DNA of 64,000 bases from the NCBI GenBank assembly GCA_964427895.1, contig CAYRUZ010000004.1, positions 16,648-80,647 of the forward strand, given 5' to 3'. Below are positions 25,591 to 34,839 of the stretch, piece by piece (position 1 is the stretch's first letter; each line of letters opens with the position of its first letter). Origin of the DNA: an uncultured Candidatus Peribacteria bacterium. GTDB taxonomy: Bacteria; Patescibacteriota; Gracilibacteria; Peribacterales; Peribacteraceae. A model generated the notes under the pieces. The model was given only the letters and a program-made list of their open reading frames with translations, did not search any database and was not told where the DNA came from. Both the position numbers and the translations under genes were made by a program.

Positions 25591-27822
25591 ATGTACGCGC
25601 CCAAAGAGTTCACGTTGGAACTGGGCAATAAAACGATGGTCGTGCGCACCGGCGGGCTTGCCCGCCAGGCGAACGCCGCCGTGGAGGTACGCATGGGCGA
25701 CACCGTGTCGCTCGGTACCTGCACCATCTCCGCGAAGCCGCGCGAGAACGTCGACTTCCTGCCGCTGCAGGTGGTCTACCAGGAAAAGTTCTATGCCGGC
25801 GGAAAGATCGCCGGATCGCGCTTCCGCAAGCGCGAAGGTCGTCCGAGCGACGACTACGTTTTGCTCGCACGCGTCATCGACCGCGGCCTGCGCCCGATGT
25901 TCCCGAAGCACATGCACAATGACATCCAAGTCATGTGCACGGTGCTCAGCTACGACTTCGAGAACGAGCACGACATCGCATCCGCCAATGCCGCCAACCT
26001 CTCGGTGGCCTTGTCCGACTGTCCCGCCGACGGCCCCCTGGGCACGGTACGGGTGGGCATGATCGGCGGCGAGTTGGTCTTGAACCCGACCCGCGAGGCA
26101 CGCGAGAAGAGCGATCTCGACATGTTCGTCACCGCCTCCTTGGAGCGCGTCGTGATGATCGAGGCCGGTGCCAACGAGGTGTCCGAGGCGGACATCCTCA
26201 AGGCCATTGAGTTCGGCAAGAAGTGGGCGCAGAAGATCGCCCAATTCTTCGCGGATCTGCAGAAGCAGGTCGGAAAGCCGAAGTTCGAAGTCCCGGCTGC
26301 ATACACGCACGAGGAAGGCTTGGCCTTCATCGATGCATGGGCTCGTCCGACGGTCACCAAGGCCGTGAAGGACGACATGCCGAAGCTCGACCGCCGCAAG
26401 ATCTTCAACGGTCTCATGGATGAGGCCGCTAAGAAGCTGGAAGAGAAGTTCGGACCCGCAGGCGACAACGCCGAGTTGGCCGATCTCTACAAGCACGGCG
26501 CCTACCTCGTCGACAAAGTGATCAAGAAGGAGGTTCGCCGCCTTGTCATCGAGGAGGGCATCCGCATGAGCAGCCGCAAGGTGGATCAGATCCGCCCGCT
26601 CGCTGCGATGGTCGACATCCTGCCGAACCGTGTGCACGGTTCCGCGCTCTTCCAGCGCGGCGAAACGCAGGGCCTCACCACCTGCACGCTCGGCGCGCCG
26701 GGCGACAAGCAGATCGTCGAGGGCATGGAGGGCGAGCACCAGCTGCGCTACATGCACCACTACAACTTCCCGCCGTTCAGCGTGGGAGAGACGAGCAACC
26801 GCCTCATGGTCGGCAACCGCGAAATCGGACACGGCAACCTCGCACAGCGCGGATTGGAGCCGGTGCTCCCGCCAGCCGAGACGTTCCCGTACACCATCCG
26901 CACCGTCACCGAGATCCTGGAGAGCAACGGCTCTTCCTCGATGGCCGCGACCTGCGGCTCCACGCTGGCCCTGATGGCCGCGGGCGTGCCGCTGAAGGCT
27001 CCTGTCTCCGGCATCGCGCTGGGACTGATGTCCGATGAGGACGCGGGCAAGTACGTCATCTTGAGCGACCTGCAGGACGAAGAGGACTTCGGCGGAGACA
27101 TGGACTTCAAGCTGACGGGCACCGCCAAGGGCGTGACCGCCATCCAGATGGACATCAAGATCAAGGGTCTGCCGGACGCAGTCTTCGCCGAGGCGCTCGA
27201 GCGCTCCAAGACGGGCCGCGCGCAGATCCTCGAAGTGATGCTCAAGGCTATCGCTCAACCGCGCACGGAAATGTCGCCGTACGCTCCGCGCATCGAGACG
27301 ATCCAGATCAACCCCGACGACATCCGCCTGGTCATCGGAAAGGGCGGCGAGACGATCCAGAAGATCACGGGCGAGCTCGGCGTCGAGATCGACATCGAGG
27401 ACAGCGGACTCATCTTCGTTACCTCCGCCAACGGCGAAGCCATGGCCAAGGCCAAGGCCTGGATTCAGGCGATCGTCGAGAAGCCGGAAGTGGGCAAGGT
27501 GTACAAGGGAAAGATCATCCGCATCATCGACGGCGTGGGCGCCATCCTCGAGTTCCTCCCGGGCAAGGACGGCATGATCCACATCTCCGAGATGCAGTGG
27601 GGCCGCACCGAGCGCGTCGAGGACGTCGTGAAGCTCGGTGAAGAGCGCGAGGCCAAGGTGATCGAATACGATGCCCAGGAAGGCAAGACGCGCCTCTCTA
27701 TCAAGCAGCTTACGACCCCGCCGGAAGGCTGGACGCCCCCGCCTCCCCGCACCGGAGGATTCGGTGGTCCGCGCCGTGGTCCGGGCGGTCCGGGTGGCGG
27801 CCGCGGAGGATTCCGCCGGTAA
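25591..27822 (+). CDS. pnp: polyribonucleotide nucleotidyltransferase (PNPase) with Gly/Arg/Pro-rich tail
   Basis: Two RNase PH domains, KH (IRLVIGKGGETIQKI), S1 (GKVYKGKIIRIIDGVGAILEF). Start ATG 25591 (MYAPKEFTLELG). Confidence 0.95.
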   Translation: MYAPKEFTLELGNKTMVVRTGGLARQANAAVEVRMGDTVSLGTCTISAKPRENVDFLPLQVVYQEKFYAGGKIAGSRFRKREGRPSDDYVLLARVIDRGLRPMFPKHMHNDIQVMCTVLSYDFENEHDIASANAANLSVALSDCPADGPLGTVRVGMIGGELVLNPTREAREKSDLDMFVTASLERVVMIEAGANEVSEADILKAIEFGKKWAQKIAQFFADLQKQVGKPKFEVPAAYTHEEGLAFIDAWARPTVTKAVKDDMPKLDRRKIFNGLMDEAAKKLEEKFGPAGDNAELADLYKHGAYLVDKVIKKEVRRLVIEEGIRMSSRKVDQIRPLAAMVDILPNRVHGSALFQRGETQGLTTCTLGAPGDKQIVEGMEGEHQLRYMHHYNFPPFSVGETSNRLMVGNREIGHGNLAQRGLEPVLPPAETFPYTIRTVTEILESNGSSSMAATCGSTLALMAAGVPLKAPVSGIALGLMSDEDAGKYVILSDLQDEEDFGGDMDFKLTGTAKGVTAIQMDIKIKGLPDAVFAEALERSKTGRAQILEVMLKAIAQPRTEMSPYAPRIETIQINPDDIRLVIGKGGETIQKITGELGVEIDIEDSGLIFVTSANGEAMAKAKAWIQAIVEKPEVGKVYKGKIIRIIDGVGAILEFLPGKDGMIHISEMQWGRTERVEDVVKLGEEREAKVIEYDAQEGKTRLSIKQLTTPPEGWTPPPPRTGGFGGPRRGPGGPGGGRGGFRR

Positions 27823-27842
27823 ATCGGTTACGATAAAGAAGT

Positions 27843-27876
27843 GTCACCCTGAGCATCGCGACGGGTGACATTTTTT
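27843..27876 (+). terminator. intrinsic terminator after pnp
   Basis: GTCACCC...GGGTGAC hairpin followed by TTTTTT. Confidence 0.7.
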
Positions 27877-28141
27877 ATGCCAGGCTCTTGAGCCACTGCG
27901 GCGGTTGCCCGAGCACCGTCTGCACGCCGGCACGCACGAAGTACGCGGCGCCGAGAATGGGCAGCGCGGTACCGAGTATGCCGAGACCGAGATGCAGACC
28001 GAGCATCGGCATCGATGCGGGCTGCGCGGAGATTGCGCTGCCGATCGCCCCCACGCGTGTCTGCGCTTCCACGGCGGGAATGAACGGCCGGACCACTTCC
28101 GGTCCTCCCATGCCGCCGGCGACTTCCATTTGTGTGGGCAT
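27875..28141 (-). CDS. small hydrophobic protein (88 aa)
   Basis: TATACT(28153-28148)-N6-ATG 28141 (MPTQMEVAGG). G/C-rich third positions. C-terminal hydrophobic segment LGLHLGLGILGTALPILGAAYFV. Confidence 0.55.
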   Translation of the reverse strand: MPTQMEVAGGMGGPEVVRPFIPAVEAQTRVGAIGSAISAQPASMPMLGLHLGLGILGTALPILGAAYFVRAGVQTVLGQPPQWLKSLA

Positions 28142-28178
28142 CCGCTCAGTATAGCGGAAAAACACCCTTCAGACCAGT

Positions 28179-28340
28179 TCAGGCATTCCCCAACGCCTTA
28201 TTGAACGCGTAGCGCGTGACACCGATCGCGGCGGCGACGGCGACCGCCGCCAGCGTCACTTTCAAGAGCGATAACCCTGCAATTTCGTGGGTGAAAACAT
28301 CACCGACGAATTCGAGGGGGCCGGTCGCAGGAGACAGCAT
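28179..28340 (-). CDS. small single-TM protein (53 aa)
   Basis: Not in the track (<60 aa). MLSPATGPLEFVGDVFTHEIAGLSLLKVTLAAVAVAAAIGVTRYAFNKALGNA. TAGACC-N16-GATACT-N6-ATG. Confidence 0.4.
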   Translation of the reverse strand: MLSPATGPLEFVGDVFTHEIAGLSLLKVTLAAVAVAAAIGVTRYAFNKALGNA

Positions 28341-28481
28341 ATGAGCAGTATCTGCAAAATGGCTTATGGGTCTAGAAAAATCATTCCTTTTCCTTCGTTA
28401 ACCTCAATCGACAAGAGATGATCAGACGTCAGCACCGAACCCTCAAACGCGGGGAGCTCTGGATGAACACAAAAAAAGCAC

Positions 28482-28597
28482 TTGCATCCACTTCGTCACT
28501 CACGTATAAATGTTCGGCCTTGCGCGGAAACGCACAAGTTTCGCTCTTTCTCTCCTACGAAATGACCGCCTTCTACCGGCGGTCGTTTTTTGTATAG
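28482..28597 (+). promoter_or_regulatory. promoter + 11-codon Phe/Tyr-rich mini-ORF + overlapping intrinsic terminator (candidate attenuator or sRNA)
   Basis: TTGCAT(28482-28487)-N17-TATAAA(28505-28510). ORF 28562-28597 encodes MTAFYRRSFFV. Hairpin GACCGCC(28564-28570)/GGCGGTC(28578-28584) followed by T6 (28586-28591). Confidence 0.45.
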
Positions 28598-28631
28598 AGA
28601 GCCAAAAGGAGTCTCCTCTATACTCCCGCCA

Positions 28632-29792
28632 ATGCCATCGCCGTTTCATCGTCTGCCTGACGTCACTCCCGACCCCATCTTCGCCCTTCTGGCCGAAGCG
28701 CGGGCAGCCGGGAAGGACGGCATCGACGTATCGATCGGCATGATGCTCGACGACGAGGCGCGGCCCATCCTTCTGCCATCCGTGCAGCAAGCGGTGAATG
28801 AATTGGCCCAGGATCTGATGCATGAGCGGTTCGGCTATGCGCCGCTCACGGGATCGCCCAGCTTCCGGGACACCGTGCGGCACCTCGCGGTGGGAGACGC
28901 GCACAAGCACGTCTGCTGCGCCGCGACGGTCGGCGGCACGGGCGCCGTGGCGGTGGCTCTGCACCTCGTGAAGAAAATGAGCGGCGACGCAACGCTCGTT
29001 TTGCCGGTGCCCGCATGGGGCAACTACCCCACATTGGCCGAAGGAGCAGGATTGCCTTTGCAGCGGGTCCCCTACCTCGAAGACGGCTTGCCCTCCGCTC
29101 GGGGCTGCATCGAAGCACTGGAGCAATCGCGGGCCCCCGTCGCCCTCATGCTCCAGGCAGGCTGCCACAATCCCACCGGCTTGGATTTCACGCGGGAGCA
29201 GTGGGAAGAGGTATTTGCGGCCATGGCGGCGCATGATGCGATCGCCGTCATCGACATGGCCTACCAGGGCTTTGGCGAAGGCCCGGAGCAGGATGCGCTG
29301 CCAGTGCGCCTGGCGGCGGAGAAAGGGGTGGCGGCGCTCATCGCGTGGTCCGGGGCCAAGAACCATTCGTTGTATTCGGAACGCGCGGGCGCGCTTCTTG
29401 CCCTTTGCCCGGATGCGGAGAGTGTCCAGAGGACCGAACGCCACATCGGACGCATCCTGCGCTCGATGCACTCCTGCGCCGCACTGTTCGGCCAGAGCGT
29501 CGTGACACACGTGCAGGAACGGTACCGCGAAGAGTGGCTGCGCGACCTGGCGGACATGCGGGCGGTCCTGCGGCAAAAGCGCGAACGGCTCATGGAGGGA
29601 TTGCCCGAATCCTTCGCCCATTCCCTGGACGGACGCGGCATGTTCGCCGCCCTACCCCTCACGCCCGAACAGATCGCCGCATTGAAACGCGCGAAAGTGT
29701 TCCTCACAGACGAGGGACGCATCAATATCGCCGGAATACCCGACGCGCGCATCGACGAACTGCTCGCGCGCATCACCGCCGCCATTGCGTAA
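28632..29792 (+). CDS. aspartate/aromatic amino acid aminotransferase (class I, AspC/TyrB-like)
   Basis: N-terminal VTPDPIF, PLP-lysine context SGAKNHSLYSERAGAL, about 386 aa. TATACT(28619-28624)-N7-ATG 28632. Confidence 0.85.
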   Translation: MPSPFHRLPDVTPDPIFALLAEARAAGKDGIDVSIGMMLDDEARPILLPSVQQAVNELAQDLMHERFGYAPLTGSPSFRDTVRHLAVGDAHKHVCCAATVGGTGAVAVALHLVKKMSGDATLVLPVPAWGNYPTLAEGAGLPLQRVPYLEDGLPSARGCIEALEQSRAPVALMLQAGCHNPTGLDFTREQWEEVFAAMAAHDAIAVIDMAYQGFGEGPEQDALPVRLAAEKGVAALIAWSGAKNHSLYSERAGALLALCPDAESVQRTERHIGRILRSMHSCAALFGQSVVTHVQERYREEWLRDLADMRAVLRQKRERLMEGLPESFAHSLDGRGMFAALPLTPEQIAALKRAKVFLTDEGRINIAGIPDARIDELLARITAAIA

Positions 29793-29837
29793 CGTGATCG
29801 GTGGGCTTTGTCGGAGCATGCGCTAGAATCAGGCCTC

Positions 29838-32120
29838 ATGGATTCGACGGACCTCATCCTTGGGCCACTTAATCCGCCGCAGCGCGAAGCCGTTTTGGCG
29901 ACGAGCGGACCGGTTCTGATCCTCGCAGGGGCGGGCAGCGGCAAGACGCGCGCACTCACCCATCGCATCGCCTACCTCATCCACAACGGCGTCCCCCCGT
30001 GGCAGATCCTCTCGGTGACCTTTACCAACCGCGCCGCGAAGGAAATGAAGGAACGCATCAAGGCCATGCTCCACCTGACAGGTGACGAAACGCTGGATCC
30101 GACCAAATCCCATGAGAACAAGCTGCCGATCATGGGCACCTTCCACAGCATCTGCGTGCGCATCCTGCGGCGCGACATCGAACACCTCGGCCGCGACCGC
30201 AATTTCGGCATCTACGACGATGATGACCAGGAGAAATTGATCAAAACGCTCCTGAAGAAAATGAATATCGACGAGAAGGAGCTGAAACCGCGCGCCGCTC
30301 TGGGGTATATCGGCCGCTTCAAATCGGAAGCAGTGAGCCCGAAGGAGGCCATGGAGGACGCGACTACCCCGCGCCTTCAGAGCATCGTCACGCTCTACGC
30401 GGAATACCAGAAAGAGCTTGCCGCAGCCAATGCGCTCGACTTCGACGATCTCATCTTGGAGACGGTGCGGCTGTTCCACGAATGCCCGGACGTCCTGAAT
30501 CGCTATCAGGAGACGTGGAAGTACTTGCACGTCGACGAGTACCAAGACACGAACCACGCGCAGTACCTGTTCATCACCATGCTGGCGCAGAAGTACCGCA
30601 ACCTCTGCGTCATCGGCGACCCCGACCAATCGATCTACGCGTTCCGCGGGGCGGACATCCGCAACATCCTGGAATTCGAGAAGGAGTACACCGATGCCAA
30701 GCGCATCAAACTGGAACAGAACTACCGCTCGACGCAGCCCGTCCTCACGGCCGCCGACAAAGTGATCGCGGCCAATCCCAATCGCCCGCAGAAAACGATG
30801 TGGACGGAGCGCACGGAGGGTCCGAAAGTGATCGTCCACGAAGTGAGCGACGAGCGCAGGGAAGCCGAGGAAGCCATCAAGATGGTGGAGGACATGAACC
30901 GGCGCGGGACCGCCTTGAACGAGCAGGTGATCCTGTACCGCACCCATGCGCAGAGCCGCCTCTTCGAAGAAGCCTGTATGCGCCGCGGGGTGGCGTACCG
31001 CATTCTCGGCGGCGTGAAGTTCTACGCGCGGCGCGAAGTGAAGGACGTACTGGCGTACCTGCATGCCATCCTCAACCCGCAGGACACGGTGAGCGTGCTG
31101 CGCATCATCAACGTGCCCTCGCGCAAAATCGGACAGACCACCCTCGGACGCATCCAGACCTTCAGCCAAACCGAGGGCGTATCGCTCTGGGAATGCCTCC
31201 TGCGCATCGATGAGATCCCCGATCTGGACATGCCGGTGCGGGAACGCATCCGCCGGTTCACCGACCTGATCGAGCGCCTGGCGCGTCGCAGCGAGGAAGC
31301 CGTCGTCAGCAGGCTCACGGCGGACTTGCTGGACGAGGTGGACATGAGTGCCTGGATCAAAGACGGCACCGAAGAAGGCGACGAGCGCTGGCTCAACGTC
31401 CAGGAACTGCTCTCCGTGATGCAGAAGTACGACCACTTGGATCCCCGCACCTCGCTCACCAGCTTCCTCGAGGAAGCCGCCCTCGTCTCCGAGGTCGACA
31501 AACTCGCCGAGACCCGGGGCGATGCCCTCACCATGATGACCCTGCATCTGTGCAAGGGCCTGGAGTTCGAGCACGTCATCATCGCCGGGTGCGAGGAAGG
31601 CATCTTCCCGCACTCCAGCAGCCTCTTCGACCGCGAGCAGTTGGAGGAAGAACGCCGTCTGCTGTACGTGGGCATGACGCGCGCCCGCACGCAGCTGCGT
31701 ATCTTCTTCGCCCAGAGCCGCCTGCTCTGGGGCGAACGCCGTGCCAATGCAAAGAGCCGCTTCCTGGATGACCTGCCCGACGAGGTGACCGAGCGCCGCA
31801 GCGACGACGTGCTCTCCGCGTTCGCCTGGACGGCTGCCAAAGCCATGACGCCCATGTCTGCCTCCCGCCCCGGACAACCCCTCCAACCTTACCGACAGAA
31901 CGACGTGAGCATCGAATTCAACCAGGACCTCGGCGGGGACGATGATATGAACCAAGACGGCCTGACACATAGTGAAATGGTCGCGGGGTTGCGCGTGGCG
32001 CACCCGGTCTTTGGAGCCGGAACGATCCTGGATCGGCGTGGCGACATCGTCGACATCCGCTTCGACAACGGGAAGACCAAGACGCTCGCTCTCAGCATCG
32101 CCCCGTTGAAGGCGCTGTAA
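29838..32120 (+). CDS. pcrA: ATP-dependent DNA helicase PcrA/UvrD
   Basis: AGAGSGKT Walker A, TFHSICVRILR, DEYQDTN and other SF1 motifs. Start ATG 29838 lies 8 nt after TAGAAT (track ORF starts at TTG 29808). Confidence 0.9.
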   Translation: MDSTDLILGPLNPPQREAVLATSGPVLILAGAGSGKTRALTHRIAYLIHNGVPPWQILSVTFTNRAAKEMKERIKAMLHLTGDETLDPTKSHENKLPIMGTFHSICVRILRRDIEHLGRDRNFGIYDDDDQEKLIKTLLKKMNIDEKELKPRAALGYIGRFKSEAVSPKEAMEDATTPRLQSIVTLYAEYQKELAAANALDFDDLILETVRLFHECPDVLNRYQETWKYLHVDEYQDTNHAQYLFITMLAQKYRNLCVIGDPDQSIYAFRGADIRNILEFEKEYTDAKRIKLEQNYRSTQPVLTAADKVIAANPNRPQKTMWTERTEGPKVIVHEVSDERREAEEAIKMVEDMNRRGTALNEQVILYRTHAQSRLFEEACMRRGVAYRILGGVKFYARREVKDVLAYLHAILNPQDTVSVLRIINVPSRKIGQTTLGRIQTFSQTEGVSLWECLLRIDEIPDLDMPVRERIRRFTDLIERLARRSEEAVVSRLTADLLDEVDMSAWIKDGTEEGDERWLNVQELLSVMQKYDHLDPRTSLTSFLEEAALVSEVDKLAETRGDALTMMTLHLCKGLEFEHVIIAGCEEGIFPHSSSLFDREQLEEERRLLYVGMTRARTQLRIFFAQSRLLWGERRANAKSRFLDDLPDEVTERRSDDVLSAFAWTAAKAMTPMSASRPGQPLQPYRQNDVSIEFNQDLGGDDDMNQDGLTHSEMVAGLRVAHPVFGAGTILDRRGDIVDIRFDNGKTKTLALSIAPLKAL

Positions 32121-32166
32121 AAAAGGAGGGCCGACGCCCTCCTTTGGTTCCGTGATGAGAAGCGGA

Positions 32167-33825
32167 TTATTGCCGCAGGGCCGATCCGGCCATGGCGGGG
32201 CTGTCCAGCGCGACCCAATCGAAGACGGTGTCGCCGTCGGACCAGACGATGTCGCCCGGCGAGAGGGGGCTGCCGGGATCGTTGAGGTAAGCGCGGACCG
32301 TCGCGTTGGAAACGGACGGGGCGATATCGACGTCACCGCGAAGCACCAAGGTCTGCCCGGCCGTCGAGAGCGAACCGAGCGCTTCGACCCCGCTGCAGGT
32401 GGCGATAGAACCCGTGAGGGGGCATTGAACCGTCACGCCTCCGTCCTGATTGGTCAGGGTCACATTGGAGACGGTCGCATTGGTTGCCGGAACCTGGAAG
32501 TACAGGGTACGCAGGGTGGGAACGGTAGAAGCATCAGCGATTTGCGTCTCGAACCGCATCTTCGCGAGCACCTGGTTGGTTCCCTCGATGAGGACATTAT
32601 CGCCCGACAGGAGGTTCACGATGCGCGTGATGGATGCCTTGGCGGTCTGGAAGATGAGGTACGTCTCGTTGTTGGACGAGACGTAGGCATTGTTGCTCCA
32701 TGCGCCGTTGCCTTCCACGGAGAACGAGACGACCTGCACCGTCTGACCGCTGATGCCGCCGTTGCCGTCGCTCTTGATGTGCACGCGCGCCGAGATTTTC
32801 TGTGTCTCCTGCTTATCGATGGTGAACGTGCCAACGGGCAAAGTGAGGCTGAAGGTATTCGTCACGTTCGAATCGCCGCGCAACGTGGCTGATCCAAGGA
32901 AATAGCCGTCGCCATCATAGAGATCCACGCTGTCGATGGACGTCGCATTCCAAGGAAGCACCACAGAAATCTTGGTGACCTGGAGCGGCTCCTGCTCCGG
33001 GAACACGCGAATGGCGCCGATGACCGGAGACGTGCTGCCGAGCAAGAGGAAGCTGGAGCGGATGGGCGTATTGGAGATGGGGCTCGAAGAGGACGAGCGT
33101 GAGCTGGAAGACGAGGAAGAAGACGAAGACGACGACTGCCACGGGTAGGACGAGGAGGACGAACTGGAAGCGATTCCGTCCAAGGCATCGACGAGGCGGC
33201 CCACGGAGGCATAACCGTTGATGACGTCATAGAGCAACGGCAGGTCGCCCTTGGCATCGGCGAGGAAAAGAAGGGCCAAGCGGGCGGTCTGGGCACGCGT
33301 CAGCTGGGCGTCCGGTGCAATGCCTGGCAATGCGATGTTGGCGTCTTCGGCGATGCGCAGGTACCGGTCGTACCAGGCGCCACCCGCTTCGCCTTCGTAA
33401 CCGAAGGCGCGGGAAAGCATGGCCAAGGCTTCTGCATACTGCACCTGTTCCGCAGGCTTGAAGCGCCACTGGGAACGCGGCAGATTCGGGTCGGCGTGTC
33501 CCGTCACGATGCCCAGCTCCTTGGCGCGGCAGACGTAGGGGGCGAACCACGCACCGACCGGCACGTCGACGAAGCACCCGCCGGGAGCGGCGTCGTGATA
33601 ACCGTAGGTATTGATGACGATCTTCGCGAATTCCGCCCGATTCACCGGATCATAGGGGCGGAAATATCCGTCGTCGTGCCCGGCGACGATGCCGAGGTCA
33701 GCGAGCGTATCGATGGACACGTCGCTCGCCCGATCGCGCGGGGAATCCGGGAAGGACGCGGCAACGGCCACGAACGGCACGAGCAGAACCGCCGCGGCGA
33801 GGCGGGAAAACAGGGTGGTGTGCAT
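32167..33825 (-). CDS. secreted SLH-domain cell-wall protein with poly-Ser linker and beta-rich C-terminal domain
   Basis: Signal peptide MHTTLFSRLAAAVLLVPFVAVAA. Three SLH-like repeats (LADLGIVAGHDDGYFRP..VNRAEFAKIV; AKELGIVTGH). Start ATG 33825. Confidence 0.8.
   Translation of the reverse strand: MHTTLFSRLAAAVLLVPFVAVAASFPDSPRDRASDVSIDTLADLGIVAGHDDGYFRPYDPVNRAEFAKIVINTYGYHDAAPGGCFVDVPVGAWFAPYVCRAKELGIVTGHADPNLPRSQWRFKPAEQVQYAEALAMLSRAFGYEGEAGGAWYDRYLRIAEDANIALPGIAPDAQLTRAQTARLALLFLADAKGDLPLLYDVINGYASVGRLVDALDGIASSSSSSSYPWQSSSSSSSSSSSSRSSSSSPISNTPIRSSFLLLGSTSPVIGAIRVFPEQEPLQVTKISVVLPWNATSIDSVDLYDGDGYFLGSATLRGDSNVTNTFSLTLPVGTFTIDKQETQKISARVHIKSDGNGGISGQTVQVVSFSVEGNGAWSNNAYVSSNNETYLIFQTAKASITRIVNLLSGDNVLIEGTNQVLAKMRFETQIADASTVPTLRTLYFQVPATNATVSNVTLTNQDGGVTVQCPLTGSIATCSGVEALGSLSTAGQTLVLRGDVDIAPSVSNATVRAYLNDPGSPLSPGDIVWSDGDTVFDWVALDSPAMAGSALRQ
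33082..33168 (-). repeat. coding poly-serine low-complexity tract
   Basis: Encodes SSSSSSSYPWQSSSSSSSSSSSSRSSSSS (aa 220-248 of the SLH protein). Confidence 0.7.
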
Positions 33826-33869
33826 ACGCTTGTTAAGACGAGGAGAAATACAGATCGTTACACTAGCAC

Positions 33870-34733
33870 ATGGACGAATCCCGTCTATTTTGTCAGTCTG
33901 TTTCCGTGTCACTCGCATCCGACATCCGGCAATTCTGTGCAGCGCACAAGCTGGGGCTCAATACCGACCTTGGCCAGCACTTTCTCGTGGACGAGGCAGT
34001 GCTCGACGCCATCATCGATGCGGCGCATCTGACGGAGCAGGACACGGTGGTGGAGATCGGACCGGGCATCGGCATTTTGACAAAAGAGTTGCTGGCTCGC
34101 AGCAAACGCGTCCAGGTGGTGGAGCTCGACCGCCGCATGATCCCCCTACTTGCCATCTACACGTCGCCTGACGGCAACGTGCACCCGAAACTCGTGGTCG
34201 AGGAGGGCAATGCACTGAAGGCCGTGTTCCCCAACGAACCGTACAAGATCGTCGCGAACATCCCGTACCACATCACGTCCCCCCTGCTGCGGCACGCGTT
34301 CTTGGAATCCCCGCGCCCGCCCACGTCCCTCACGCTGTTGATTCAACGCGAAGTCGCCGAACGCATCTGCGACCCAGAGAACGCGAGCCTCTTGAGCATC
34401 GTCGTCGGCATGTACGGCTCCCCGCGGATCATCCGGCACGTACCGAAAGCGGCGTTCCTGCCGCCGCCGGAGGTGGAGTCGTCGGTCCTGCAGGTCGATT
34501 GCTTCGATACGCCGAAGACAGACGAGCAGACGATGGAGAGCGCGCTGCGTTTGGCGAAGATCGCCTTCGCCGGCAAGCGGAAGACCCTCAACAATACGCT
34601 CGGACGTCACGAGGAAGGAGACTACGCCCTGCGGCAGACCGGGATCGATGCCTCGCGCCGGCCGCAGACGCTGTCCATCGATGAATGGTGCGCGTTGGGC
34701 ACCGCTGCATTGCGGCACAAGGGTTCCGCCTGA
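33870..34733 (+). CDS. rsmA: 16S rRNA (adenine1518/1519-N6)-dimethyltransferase
   Basis: LGQHFLVD, VVEIGPGIGILT, NIPYHITSP motifs. TACACT-N5-ATG. Confidence 0.9.
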   Translation: MDESRLFCQSVSVSLASDIRQFCAAHKLGLNTDLGQHFLVDEAVLDAIIDAAHLTEQDTVVEIGPGIGILTKELLARSKRVQVVELDRRMIPLLAIYTSPDGNVHPKLVVEEGNALKAVFPNEPYKIVANIPYHITSPLLRHAFLESPRPPTSLTLLIQREVAERICDPENASLLSIVVGMYGSPRIIRHVPKAAFLPPPEVESSVLQVDCFDTPKTDEQTMESALRLAKIAFAGKRKTLNNTLGRHEEGDYALRQTGIDASRRPQTLSIDEWCALGTAALRHKGSA

Positions 34734-34839
34734 GACGAGAACGGGCGGTGAGGGCTTGGAGTGCGTTCATTACCGGAAAGAAGGGGCGGGGTGACGGACG
34801 CAGCCAACCTTTGTCGGCCACGTCGGTCACAGTATTCCC

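Noticed and set aside
24895-27582. 5' two-thirds of the 1308-aa minus-strand ORF 23656..27582
   Set aside because: Antisense to rpsO and pnp, which have unmistakable motifs. Only the last 412 codons (RmuC, from ATG 24894) look like a real protein.
29829-32336. 835-aa minus-strand ORF
   Set aside because: Antisense to pcrA/uvrD. No motifs, Arg/Gly/His-rich. Same reasoning applies to 3619..5298(+), 7926..9203(-), 10323..11666(+), 16840..17811(-), 17820..18734(-), 21702..23255(+), 37629..38939(-), 39730..41058(+), 46246..47985(+), 49708..51057(-) and 54554..56311(-).
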